64,000 bases of DNA from Lama guanicoe. Lineage: Eukaryota. The stretch is taken from NCBI GenBank assembly GCA_013239625.1, contig MU054323.1, positions 18,432,819 through 18,496,818 of the forward strand. The letters run 5' to 3'. The position numbers and the translations under genes are program-made. Shown here in pieces: positions 48,867 through 60,917 of this stretch (position 1 is its first letter; each line of letters opens with the position of its first letter). The notes beneath the pieces are model-generated. The model searched no databases. It was given only the letters and a program-made list of their open reading frames with translations, and was not told where the DNA came from.

Positions 48867-50618
48867 TTTTTTTTCAATCTTTTTTAAGAGTGATTGAAAC
48901 ACATTGGAAGTGTTTAAGCAGGAGAATGCAAAGATCTGGCTTCGACTTTAAAGGATCATTCCAGCTGCTGTGCAAGAATTCACTGTGGAGCTGAGGGGAG
49001 GGAGTGGATCATGGGTAAGAAGGGAACCAGGTGTCTGAAGAGAGATGGTAGTGGCTGGACAGCTGCAGAGGTGATGAGAGATGGAGAGATAGGACATTTT
49101 TTCGAAGGAGGAGACAATCAACTACTAATGAAAAGAATCAAGGATAAATGCCATCTTTTGGTCTGAGCAGCTGAGTAAATGACAATGATATTTAGTGAAA
49201 TCAGGAATCCAGGGAGAGGAGTGGGCTTAAGGGAGGAAAGGAATATAAACCAAGATTGCTTTAGATGGGTTAAATTTGAGGTATCTATTTCCAATCTTTA
49301 AATTTGCAGTAGATACCTCATAGAGTGTATAAAGCATTAAATGGATAAAATGGATGTGAAGCACTCAGCACAGAAGCTTTTTGAGAATCTCATATGCCCC
49401 ACTTCCTCCCACCACAGGCCCTTTGCACATACTATCAGAGAAGTCAGTCTGGAACAATGAGAAGCCAGGGCTTTTAGACAGACAACTTGAGTTCAATGCC
49501 TAGCTTTGCTTCTTGTGATTGATAAACATTTCATCAAAGAAGTTACCTAGTTAACCTCTCTGACCCTTAGTGTCCTTATATGTAAATGAAAATAACACCC
49601 ACATCACAGAACTCTTGGGAAAACTCAGTGAGGAAATATATAATTTTCCTTCAGTGATACCAAGATTTACTTTTAACTGTGTATAACTTCCAATGGCTTT
49701 AGTGAAATGCAAATGATTTTTTAATCAGGGAAACTAAATTCCTTCAAAATATTGTGCGCTGCTTTAACTTATAACTCTTGAAAAAATGGTCAAACTTTAT
49801 TGGCCAGAAAGAGTGATCTTTATTTAGTCACCATTTATTTATCTCTTCAGCTATTTCATTCTTTATTGGAGAAGATATAATGGAAGAAAAATGCAGCAAT
49901 TCAGTGCTTGTGGCGTATTTCTGATTTCAGTCAAGCACAGCAGCCTCTTTTAAAAGAAAATAGTCAGAATGCAATCTGAGATAAGAAAACCCGTTTTGTG
50001 TTAGTGGCAAAGGGGAAGACTGAAGAGTTAGTAGTATAGGATGTTGAGAGGGAAAGTACACAAGTAAGGAATTTTGTCTTTAATCCCATTTAAGGATTTG
50101 TGAGTAAAAAGATTTTAGCACCTCCCTTGTCCATTATATTTACTGAACTAAAAATTGTTAAGTATCTTCTATAAAGCTGAGTGCTAGGCTCTTTGATGTG
50201 TCACATTCCTTATTCTTCAGAGCACAACTGTTTGTTATGATTATCCCTGTTACACAGATTTGAAAACAGGTTCAGAATAACCAAATATAAATTCCAACAC
50301 AGATGTAAGTTTATCTTGAATTTAAACCAAGATTTCTCTAATTCTAAAGCCCATATATTTTCTACTTTCACCTTCAAACCAATCACATCACTAACAACAA
50401 AGATAGGGAAATGAAATAAAACAACAGCTCACATTCCATACATATATATATTTTTTTCTAGGAATCCATACAAGTAATTTGAATTAGAATGTTTTAAATG
50501 TAATCTAAGGTTTTAAAAAACTAGCTGGTTTTTTTTTTTTGCTCTATCACTTACAGATTTATCAAAAGAAGAAGGTCAGTATTTGGGAAATGATAAGTTG
50601 AGAAGATATTTTCCTCTT

Positions 50619-50655
50619 TTTTTTTCTTTGGCAGAGTGGGGAGATAATTAGGATG

Positions 50656-50691
<36 letters not shown>

Positions 50692-50780
50692 TATGATTTA
50701 ATGGAGGCACTGGGGACTGAACCCAAGACTTCATGCATCCTAAGCATGTGCTCTACCACTGAGCTATATCCTCCCCTGCC
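50619..50780 (-). mobile_element. tRNA-Ala-derived camelid SINE with an internal (ATTG)n
   Basis: Antisense head GCTCTACCACTGAGCTATATCCTCCCC; TSD AGATATTTTCCTCTT (50604-50618) / AGATGTTTTCCTCTT (50781-50795). Confidence 0.93.
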
Positions 50781-51645
50781 AGATGTTTTCCTCTTAATTT
50801 TCACACAGGGCTGAAATGTTTTCAAGGGTTAGAAGACAGCATGGAGGGCAGAAATGATACTGAACGTGCACAAGATTCTGACTTCAAACTGCAGTCTCCA
50901 TTCGCGGGAGTCAGAGGAAGAAGTCATCTAATGTCTCTGAAGGCAGGCATACCATACCACCTCCTCTGTACAGATGAGGGCTGCTTAGCTATCTGTGCAG
51001 CTTCCTTCCAGTTCTGTGTGATAAGGATCTTGTTAGGCAGGATCCATCACTGTGACCCAGAAAGGAAAGTATCAGATCTTCCAGCCCATCAAAGAACCTA
51101 CCTATTTTTTCAGATATTTAAAATATCCAATCAGTGCATCTACTAAAAACTTTTTTCCAGTTTAAAAAACTTCTAAGAAGTTTCCAAGAAAAAAAACAAA
51201 TCTGCCAAAGAAACACATCACACGGATGGAAGGCATTTCATCAGCATACGTGCCATCCTCAGTGGACACTTTTACCGGAGGCATGAGGCTGAGCCGTAGG
51301 CTAAGTCACAGTGGGCATTGTTCTCAGAGATATGGGGATGGCTCTTTCAGATGCGCTGCCATTGGGGTCTCAGGATCAGCTGCTGCTGGAATATAATCAG
51401 AAAGAGAAGGCATGGACAGTGCCACATCCTGTCCTAAGTGACTCTCGGCAGTTTCACCAGAAAGGCAAAGGAGACTGGGACCCAGTCTATACTAGGGAAT
51501 TGGATTCAGTCTCCCCAGCAGGCACCAGTGAATCCACTATACCACTGCCTGCTTTTATCTGTCCAGAATAGGCCTCTACATTGTTTTTACTCATTGACGT
51601 AACAGAGACCAAAATGACTCAGAATGAATGAATTCCCCCTTGATA

Positions 51646-51800
51646 AGTGATGTCTTAAATTTGTGGAGCTGTGGACTTTTTTGAGAAAGCCACAGATCTT
51701 CTTTCTCTGCAGAATGCACCAAAGTTAAAAAAAAATTGCAAACAATTTCAAGGGCTTCATAGAATCTTTCAAGCCACTTCAAGCTCTTCATGGACTATCA
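51646..51800 (-). mobile_element. MER117-like hAT-Charlie MITE
   Basis: TTTGAGAAAGCCACAGAT...AGAATGCAC...AATTGCAAACAATTTCAAGGGCTTCATAGA...CATGGAC. Confidence 0.55.
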
Positions 51801-52055
51801 GGATGAGAATGCATCAGCTAAATAAAGAAAAATTAAGTGTTTATGACAATGGACATAACTCAGGCAAAATACAAATATGCTGTACAACTGTTTCACTATC
51901 AAACAGGTCAAGACTGAAAGATTGAGGCCCCATCTTCGTTACAGTAATTACAGTCTCAGCATTGTGTCCTGCCCTTTCATTGAGTGGAGTAAACACTTTC
52001 AATCATGACAGGTGATGAGGGCAGAGAAAAACGGAATGGGGAGAGAGAGAGGATT

Positions 52056-52083
52056 TGAATGAATGAATGAATGAATGAATGAA
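52056..52083. repeat. (GAAT)n microsatellite
   Basis: Read directly; typical of an L2 tail. Confidence 0.9.
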
Positions 52084-53139
52084 CGATTTGGGAATTTCTG
52101 TTGAGACGTTATTTAGAAAAAAAAGGAGGAAGACAAATAAAGAATGTGATGATCACAACTGAAGTCAGAGAGACACAAAAAGGAATCCTGTTCCTTCCCC
52201 ATACTAGCTAATTGACCTCGGTGAAGTTCCTCTCTGAACCTCAGCTGTCTCCTCTGTGCAAGGGGATCATGAGAGTGTCCAGCTCACAGGCTGGTTGTGA
52301 CCGTTAAGGAGCCAGTGGATGAAAAGCTCACGGCACAGGCCTAGCTTGGAAGAAGTCATCACTAAGTGAGGTATTTGTCAACCCCCCAAATCTATGGCCT
52401 CTTTTGAGATGGCACTTTCTGCAAATGTGGCAGCCTGCAAAAAATAATTTTGGAAACAAACCAAATTAGAAAAGAAAAGCGTACCATCTTCTTAATATTG
52501 GACTAATATATGATAATTCAAAAAAACATGAGATTAAGGTACACGTCAAAAAAGCTTGAAGAAAAGCAGAAAGAGAAATGTGATATTTTCCTAGGAACAC
52601 ACAGTTGTTTCTACTTCCTCAAGAGGGTATATTAACAGCAATATTAATATTAAAATAGAACTCCATATTAATTAGAAATATTTGCTTCCAGAGACCATTA
52701 AAAATCAGAGACTAAAATTTTGGGATTGTTTTTTCCAGGCCATGCATTTTTTTAAATTCATAGCTTAGCCAATTGTTTTTACTAGTTAATTTTATGTTTT
52801 ATTCCTCACTAGAATGTGCTTATATATTACATATTTCACATTTGTATGAGTTTTAAATCCATTTTATTGAAGCAAGCCAGAATTCGCTTAAAGCTATATG
52901 ATCAATAATGCATCTGTTTTCAGTAACAATTTGTGTGTTTACAGTTGCCTCCACCAAGCACTACTCCTCTACCCAAACAAACAAAAACCTAGGTATGGCT
53001 AAACTGTATTACTCTATGTTTACATCTGGCATAGCATTCATTTTACGTAGGTAACATTATTTTAAGCATAATATATCTTACTGTCTAAGACTGAAAGATG
53101 TGAAGTTACAAAAACAAATCTTTGGATAACAAGTATAAA

Positions 53140-53380
53140 CTGTCATTTTTTTGAGTACCTGTAAATGAGCCAGACACCCTTGTAGGTATTTGATATAAAT
53201 AATCTCTAACTCTCAAAATATTCCTGTAAAGAATATATTATTACTGTTATCATTTTGTAGATGGTGAAATTACGGCTTCCAGGGGTATATTACCTGTCTC
53301 AGGGCCCGAGCTATTATGTGACAGAGCTGAAAGTCACATGCAGGTCCTTCGGAACCTCACAGCTACGCCCTTGTCTTATT
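53140..53380 (-). mobile_element. MIR SINE
   Basis: TTTTTGAGTACCTG...CATTTTGTAGATGGTGAAATTACGGCTTCCAGGGG...GTGACAGAGCTG. Confidence 0.7.
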
Positions 53381-55691
53381 GCCTTTAATGCACAGGATTA
53401 AATATTCTTCTAAGTAATACTTAATGCACCAGGAAAATTTGGACAATGTCAGGTAAAGCATTATAACTGGATTTTGTCTGAAAATGGGACCTCCCATTGT
53501 ACTTTGAATCATATAACATTTGTATTTGTATTATTTATATCAGGGGCCACAGCCTTCCTACTTCATACGGCAGAGACTGTGTCAGAATTTTATTTCCATG
53601 CAGAGTAGACATCGAAACCATCACTGAGTCAATGAGCACCTATTGCAGACTTGAAACATACCATGAAAGTGATGCAGAGATGAGATACTCCCCCGACCCT
53701 CTCATCTGTCTGGCTTCTCACCCACCTTCCCATCTCCCTGGCGAAGAGGCAGGACAAGTGATGGAGAATATGAAGACAGTGTTTGCAAAGAGAAGTTCTA
53801 AAGGAGAGGGGGATACACTGGTCGCAGAGCACTTCCCCTCCCCCGCGATCCCTGGGCTGCGCATGACTTCTCTTCTGAGATGTCTTCAGTGCCCTTATGT
53901 CTAATTCTAGTGTCTCTTCTTAGCGATGGATCAGATCGAAGCAGACTGGCCTACTGAACAGTGCATTCAGCAAAGAGCCAGAATATCTGTATTTCAGCCC
54001 ACTTTCCATCCAGCACAGACAAGCACTCACAAACAACTTTCTGCATACACTAAAACCTGCCCCTTTTTCATTAAATTGAAGGAAGAGGAGGCAGGGCAGT
54101 GGTAAGCTTTCATCCAGAAAGTGAGGAACTCTTTACGCTATAGTTAACGGGTTAACATGCCTGAGTGTTTGACATTGTAGAGATGATCCCAGCGAAAGAT
54201 TCAAACTAACCAATCCATGGGACTCCCCTAGGGTCCTAAGTGATGTAGAGCAAGCGCAAACGAAGCAGTTTTCAGAGCAGACCCCTCCCCCACCAAGCAG
54301 AACAGCCATCTGTGTGTTCATAAAGAATTCAAAAGAAGCAAAAAGCCAACACAAGAAAAATGGAAAAGTTTTTTTTAAAATGAGCTTTGCTTATGCCCAT
54401 CTAACTAATAACTACACCTAACAATCTTGACAAGTTATTCCTCTAGAAATATATAGATCAGTGGTTTGTATTTGCCTAGTTTACTTATTTATTTTTCTTT
54501 TTAATTTGTTCACAAAAATTCAGGGAAGAAACTCTCACTTGCCTTGGAGTTTGGAGCCAATGTATCCTGTGAACAGTTCAGTTTAAGAACACACTCAATT
54601 AGGGAATTAAAGCAACAGGGGCTAAATTTAGCCCAGAAAATGAAGATTATTATTTCTGAAATAACCTTCTCCAAAACTAAGCACAAGCCATTATGCTTGC
54701 TGTGGAATGTAAGATCTCAGTGAATGTTTCCAATGGCCACCTTATTCTTTTCCAGGTTGTTCCTTCCATCGGGGAATAGATGTTTCTGTTTGCTACTCCA
54801 AGGCCGGTGAGTTCTCTTTCTCTAATTTCTGGGAACTCCCAAGAAGCTTGGGAGTCATCAGAACTCATCAGCAAAAATCAGTGTAGAATTTAATTTGATT
54901 ATGAATACTAGACCATACAACTTCGCTCTCTAAAAATGTGGATGCAACTTTAGGGATGGAAAGAGTGGCTTAAGTGACCCTTTAAGGTGACCTCTGTGTG
55001 GACACAGGCTTTAAGTCTCCAAGATTTGACCTACTCAAGCCTTTCTGAAAATATTACTGACGTGGTCACAGTTTAGTCCAAAAAAATTTTTTTTTCATAC
55101 AATTTGACCACTTTAAGAAGTAGAGTGTTTCTTTAAATTAACACCAGGATTCCAAATTATTCAAAGTAGGCTCTAATGTTTGTCTGTGGGATCCAACTGA
55201 GTTAATTCTCATTCTCCAGTCATGTCAATACCACATAAGAGCCTTCCAAGTCTTTGTGGCTTATCTGATATATCTATGAGAAGCCAGGCTGGGGGCATTG
55301 TATCTTCTGATATATATATATATATATTAAACAAAGGGCCTTTATTGTCAGACATTCCAGAGTATTGTGAGACAGTCAGTTCCAGGGTTGGATTAATAAA
55401 TGACAGGCACCATATGTAGTGTCATCAGTGTCTATGAAAATGGTTAACTTCCCCTGGAAGCCCCCAGATACTGCTCAGCTACTCCTGGCCAGAACTAGGT
55501 CATGTCCACACCTAAAGCAGTTGAGGGGAGGGAATAAAGCCCATTGTGGGCTATACCACCCACGGTTTTCTCCTATGTCAAGTGGGAGCACAGAGGTCAG
55601 CGTCCCAAGCACATTAGGGTGACTGATGCACACCACAGAGACCTGCCAGGTGGTGGAGGTGGGATCGCTTCTGTCACAGAAACTGTGACCC

Positions 55692-55753
55692 ACTGGGTGG
55701 GGTATAAAATGCCACCATTTATACTGGGTGGGGTATAAAACTCCACTATTTAT
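55692..55753. repeat. 31-bp tandem duplication carrying a CACCC box and a TATA box
   Basis: ACTGGGTGGGGTATAAAATGCCACCATTTAT / ACTGGGTGGGGTATAAAACTCCACTATTTAT. Confidence 0.92.
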
Positions 55754-56789
55754 GGAAGGTCCACACCCCTCTTTATTTTTCAGTTCTTATCCTTGGATTC
55801 CTGAAGGGATGAAGGTCTCATAGCCACACTTCTGTGTTCACCTTCTGACTTACTCCTTGTTCATTTATATAACTTTCCATCATCACTGTAAAGGTATTTG
55901 GGAGAAGAGGGGAAAAATATCTTTTTCAGGACTAGATTAAAAATTTTTTTGATGAGAATTTTTTTAGAACACATTCTCCTACCAGCTCAAACGCCCCCTT
56001 CCTCAAGCATGTGCTGGCTGTCATAGAACCATGTCTCTGCATCTCCCTGGGGGCTAGCCCTTGACAGCTAAAAAAAGAGACAAAGCAAAGAAAGCAGTGT
56101 TCTCCCCAGAGCCCTTCCCTGCAGCCCCATCCTTCTCCTGTCACTCAGCCATGAAAACCCAGCCTCTTCTGTGAGCCTTCCCTGTTCTTCACAGTCTGTC
56201 CAAGGCCTGTTGATTTTTCATTAAGGAAAATGGCCCTAACCCATTTTTCAACAATTTCAACCCTAACCGCCCTCCTTTCACGTCTTGCTATAAATCACTA
56301 ACACATGGAGTCCCCCATCCTAATAACATGGGTGAAAAATATTCTCTGGAGCTGAGAATAGTGAGAGGAATCCCTAACTGTAGTCAACTCTGGACAGAAT
56401 TCTAGGCTAAGAACCAAGAGAGAACCGAGGAGCACAACCCACAGAGGTACCTTCTCCCCTACTACTGCCCACATACCCTCGATTTGCTTCCCTTTAAACA
56501 CTTTTTCCCGCCTTCATCTCCCCAGCTGGTCCTTGGTGGCAGGAAAGGCACTGTCACACCAGCCACCCTGCTGCCTGTACAGTGTTCAGTGCAGGCCAAG
56601 CCCTTTGAACAGGGGGAGACGTCATAACAGGAGATACTTTCTCATGGCCCGGGACCTCCTCTCTGACTTGGGGATGGGACCGTGAATAAGACATTTAATA
56701 AACATATCATTTTACTAACAGGGCACACAGATAGGAAGGGGTCGAACTATTAAAACCAAGGCCAAATTGAAAAAAACTTTATACATAAC

Positions 56790-57110
56790 TCATTTTATTC
56801 TTGTGCAGATGTTTTCCTAGGACAGAGTCCCAGAAATCGGGTTGCTAGGTCAAAGGACAAACACATCTCTAATTCTGTTAATTATTTCCAGATCTCCCTC
56901 TGTAAAGGTCACGCCACTTGGCATTCCCTCTAGAAATGTAAGGGAGACCTTGTTTCCTCCCAGCTTTACAACGGAGGGAGATGTCCAACTGATGAATTTT
57001 TGCTAGTCTTAGGAATGAGAAATTGTTTTTCAGTGCAGTTTGAATTTACATTATTAGGAGCGAGATTAGCTTTGTTTAAGGGCCCTTTGGATTCTCCCTT
57101 CAATTTCTGT
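56790..57110 (-). mobile_element. Ancient L1 ORF2 3' fragment
   Basis: TTTCCTAGGACAGAGTCCCAGAAATCGGGTTGCTAGGTCAAAGG (antisense of PFDPAIPLLGIYP-like)...TTTTTGCTAGTCTTAGGAATGAGAAAT. Confidence 0.7.
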
Positions 57111-57457
57111 ATCTGGCAGAGGGCGTTTTGTAATGCAAAGCACTGCTGTACCTTCAAGTCACATCCCAGGGGCAGCTTGCCCATCTTATATGTGGTCTAA
57201 GAGTGAGTGAGGATGGGTGTGACGTGTGTGTCAGAGGGGCAGAGGGGTCGAGATGACTTCCTTCTTCTCACAGTCAGTCACTGCTTCGGCAGAAGCTGAA
57301 TGAAGGGTGTGAAGGCGACTCTCCTGAACATAGTACGGATGGATCGCTTATTTCATAAATTTACACCCCTTGTTATTTTGAGATCTTGCCTGGATGACTG
57401 GTCTTCTCCTTTTTCTGGAATATAGTATTCACACTTTTGTAAGTTGTGTGAATTTTA

Positions 57458-57530
57458 AGAAAGAGAGAGGAAGGAAGGAAGGGAGGGAGGGAGGAAGGAA
57501 GGAAGGGAGAAAGGAAGGGAAGAAAGGAAA
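57458..57530. repeat. (GGAA/GGGA)n polypurine tract
   Basis: About 70 bp of pure purines, read directly. Confidence 0.92.
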
Positions 57531-58744
57531 TATGAAGGAAAACTTCTCACATCTGACCATCAGTGTGGTTTGTAGAACTCCATTTCTAGACACACCTCAT
57601 TACATAAAAGTGTTGTCATTTATTTTTGACACACCTGTGATTATTAAAGACCAATGGCACACCCCTTCCTTTCAGATTACCTCCAGAAATATCTCTGGAA
57701 AACCTCAAGATTATAAAATTATAGCACAGGGAAGTGCTTTCAAGAGTGTTATACATAATATTTTTTATTATCTATCAATAAGTACCTGAAAAAAAGTGTT
57801 CTGTTGTCAAATACAGATGGGAAGTGTTGGATTAAATAAAGATACAAATGTTCTTTCATTGCAAGATCTCTCAACACTTTTGATATGGGGAGGACTTAAA
57901 ATAATCAGTGTTTCCCATCCTACTTTGGCTACAGAATCCAATTGCTAGAGAAAAAAAAATCAAGGGTGTAGTATTTGCAGTAACGCTGGAAGCTGATGGT
58001 GCAGGGGGAAAGCATCTAAATGGAAGATTGGGATGCGTCTGAATTCTGACAACAAGCTGTACGTTCTGCACGTCTGGTGTGGGGTAATCTATAAGGTCAC
58101 TTTAGGTTCTCATCTCCTTTGAATTATTAGGTGGGGCATGTCACAAAAGACATCTTGGTGGCGGCAAGTGACTACCTTGGTCCATCTCATGGGCACTACG
58201 AGAAGCATGTGAGTCACCACTTCTTTAATGCCACGAGAAATAGTCTCAGAAAGGTGGGGCTTTTCTCTCAGGGACCTTGACCATAAACACCATTCTTTCT
58301 CAGAAGTAGAGCCGCCCTGTTCTTACTGATTTTCATGAATTTATGCATCTAGATAGCAGTTTATCCCAAGGACATGTCACCAAGTCCATGAGAATCCAGC
58401 TTCACTTTAATCTGTGGTGCACACACACGTAACACACACCTGTCCCAGATCCAGCTCAGTACTCAAATGTCAGTACAAACTCACTGGTGGTCCCAATCAT
58501 TCTGTTCCTTTGGCATTTGCTTTTCCTGGTACTTTATGCCATTTTATTAAAACAGAGATTCTGATCTGTTAATGTCACTAAATTACTAAAATTTCCTCAG
58601 GTTCAACAAACCCCTGAACTGGGATTTGTTGGAAAAACTTGATGTTCTCTTTGGTCCCATTCATTCCCTCAGTCATAAACATGTGCTGGGTCTACAATAT
58701 GGTAGTCCTCTGCTGAGGGCTCGAGGGACAAAGTCATTCCCAGT

Positions 58745-59037
58745 TGTACACCTGCTGTTTGTTCTGAATGCTCTGCCACACTCCCCACAGATACAGCTCA
58801 GATGCCTCCTCCTTCAGGAAGCCTTACTGAGCTTCACCTCAGTCTGGATTATGTGTGCCACCAACATCCCAAGCCCCAGCTCCCAGACAGCTCCTTCTGC
58901 AGACACACAACATTACACCTATACAACGGCATGCCTGCCTCCTCCCTTAATCTCTATCACCCCCAGCATCTATGACCAGCACATAAGGAGTACTCAGATT
59001 TATGACTGACTGACTGAATCAAGGGATGAAGGAATGA
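58745..59037 (+). mobile_element. L2 3' end
   Basis: CAGCTCAGATGCCTCCTCCTTCAGGAAGCCTT...GCACATAAGGAGTACTCAG...TGACTGACTGAAT. Confidence 0.7.
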
Positions 59038-59648
59038 CTCTTGTTCTCAAGGATTATATAAAACCTAGCTTAGCTTTTCTAAGTTATTTATAAAACCCAG
59101 TAACACACGGATGATATCTTAAATACAAACTGTATAAATACCTCTTAAATATATAAATATTTCTAAGTTATGAAATGTTGCCCAATTCACCTTTTAAAGA
59201 TAATCTGGAGAGTATTACAATAATTGGATGTTGGTCACAAGCTCAGTCATGGTCCTGCACAGAGAAGGGCAAAGCCAGACTACACCACAGCCAAGAGAGA
59301 CATATCACCCTGTGCTCTGAATCTGCCCGCTCTTTCAGGCTGTCAGCTCTCTCTGCTTTCTGCCTTCTACATACCTTGTTAACTGGGGTGGCGGGAGGAC
59401 AAACCAGTGTGAGACAATAGCAATCATATTTCTCGTTTAATTACAGAAACACAAGCCTTATTTCTCCTTAAGCCTCAATTATTTAAAAAAAAATGACAAA
59501 AGGTACATGCCGTGTCTTCTCTGCTTCTTGTCATCAACCAACTTGTCCTACTATAAACAAGGACACTCCACAAGTATGCAATTTAATTACAACACACCAG
59601 TCTGCCAGTTACATCTGCAGAACGATGCGATGAAAACTTTGCAGATGT

Positions 59649-59851
59649 GGGGAGTGAGTTATAGTTCAGTGGTAGAGTGCATGCATTTAGCTCACAAGCA
59701 CGTGCTTAGCGTGCACAAGGTCCTGGATTCAATCCCCCGGACCTCCATTAAATAAATAGATAAACAAACAAATAAACAAACAAACCTAATTAACTCCCCA
59801 ACAAATTAAAAAATACAAATAAGTATAAATAAATTCAACAAATAAAAAAAT
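59649..59851 (+). mobile_element. tRNA-Ala-derived camelid SINE variant with an internal duplication
   Basis: Head, linker, CCTAATTAACTCCCC motif and tail; TSD AAACTTTGCAGATGT (59634-59648) / AAACTTTACAGATGT (59852-59866). Confidence 0.92.
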
Positions 59852-60917
59852 AAACTTTACAGATGTAAGTATGTTGGGGCAGATGGCGCATATAAAAGAG
59901 TTCCTGCTTCATTCCAGCATGTAACCTGGAGAGTATATTTCTATGATAATCACTTACCCTTGAAATGGCATTCTAAAGCTATTTAAAGAAAGGATGTAAA
60001 CAGCGTATGTCTGAACTCAGTATAGAAGCAGCACCCTCTTCACACTGATAACCAGCATATAAAATGCCAGTTACATCACTGAACGCTTCTCAGATTCAAA
60101 CCTGCTGGCTTCTGGGACAGACTCTGGGCACTTATACTTCTTCTTAAGGAATGCCCAGCTGACGCCTTCTTTCTCTCCCTCTCCCCCTCTCCTCCATTCC
60201 CTGACTTGTCTTCCTCGCAGACAAATCTTTGTGAGTTGCATCGTTCCTCTGTGTCTCCAGATATTTTATCCTGCTGTGTTTATGTAAACAGGAATCAAAG
60301 GGAATTCATCATAAAATTATTTTTGCCCAGTGACTGCCGAAAAATATACACAACTGAAGCAAAAACACTGGGGGGAGGGGAGTTGGTGCTGGGACTGACC
60401 TAGCCTTCATCCCTGTTATGAATGAGGAAACTGGAGGGAGGCTGAGGAAAGCATTCGCCTGTCCACTCACCCATTCCCATTCACTCATTACTCATTCAGG
60501 CAAAATTCAGTAACTAGCTGGGGTTTTTACATGATTCTTCAAATGTGCGTATTTTAAAAAATGAAAATCTAAGCTGAGGATGAAAAAAAAAAGCCTACTA
60601 CATGGTGCTTATATTTAAATAGGTCCTAAAAAATACGGTTGCAGAAATAACTTTAATCCTCATAGATACCCTGATAGCTAATGAACAGAACCATAGTTTT
60701 AGGTATTTGGGAAAATCAAAGGCAATGCATTTATCAGAAATTTCCCCAAATCTGGTTTTCTTCTTCATTGCAGCATGAAGGAAGGAACAAGGTATTTGGA
60801 GTAAGAAAATCTTGAGTTTGAGAACCAGCCCTGTCTTACCCTACTCACTCTCTTTACTTTATGGGGCTGAATTGCGGATCAAATAAGTTAACTCATGCAA
60901 TAGCCATTTGGCCTACG

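Larger units (their letters stand above)
47978..49290 (-). mobile_element. L2 LINE 3' region hosting a SINE and an L1 fragment
   Basis: Starts ATTCGTTCATTGATTTATCCATTCAACAA..GAGTGCCTATTGTG; continues AAGTGCAAAAGTCCTGAGGCGG, TTTAAAGGATCATTCCAGCTGCTGTG, GGTCTGAGCAGCTGAGTAAATG. Confidence 0.85.

Noticed and set aside
53497..53904. Longest ORF (135 aa)
   Set aside because: It has a non-ATG start and no recognisable domain, and its length is within chance expectation for six frames of 64 kb.
9126..57110. Inferring host-gene strand from L1 orientation bias
   Set aside because: L1 fragments are split roughly evenly between strands, so no inference is possible.
57281..57292. U6-like CTGCTTCGGCAG with a UUCG tetraloop
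   Set aside because: Only ~10 nt match U6 and no downstream U6 sequence follows.
57394..57789. 131-aa ORF with EGRK repeats
   Set aside because: It is open because it crosses a stop-free GGAA microsatellite.
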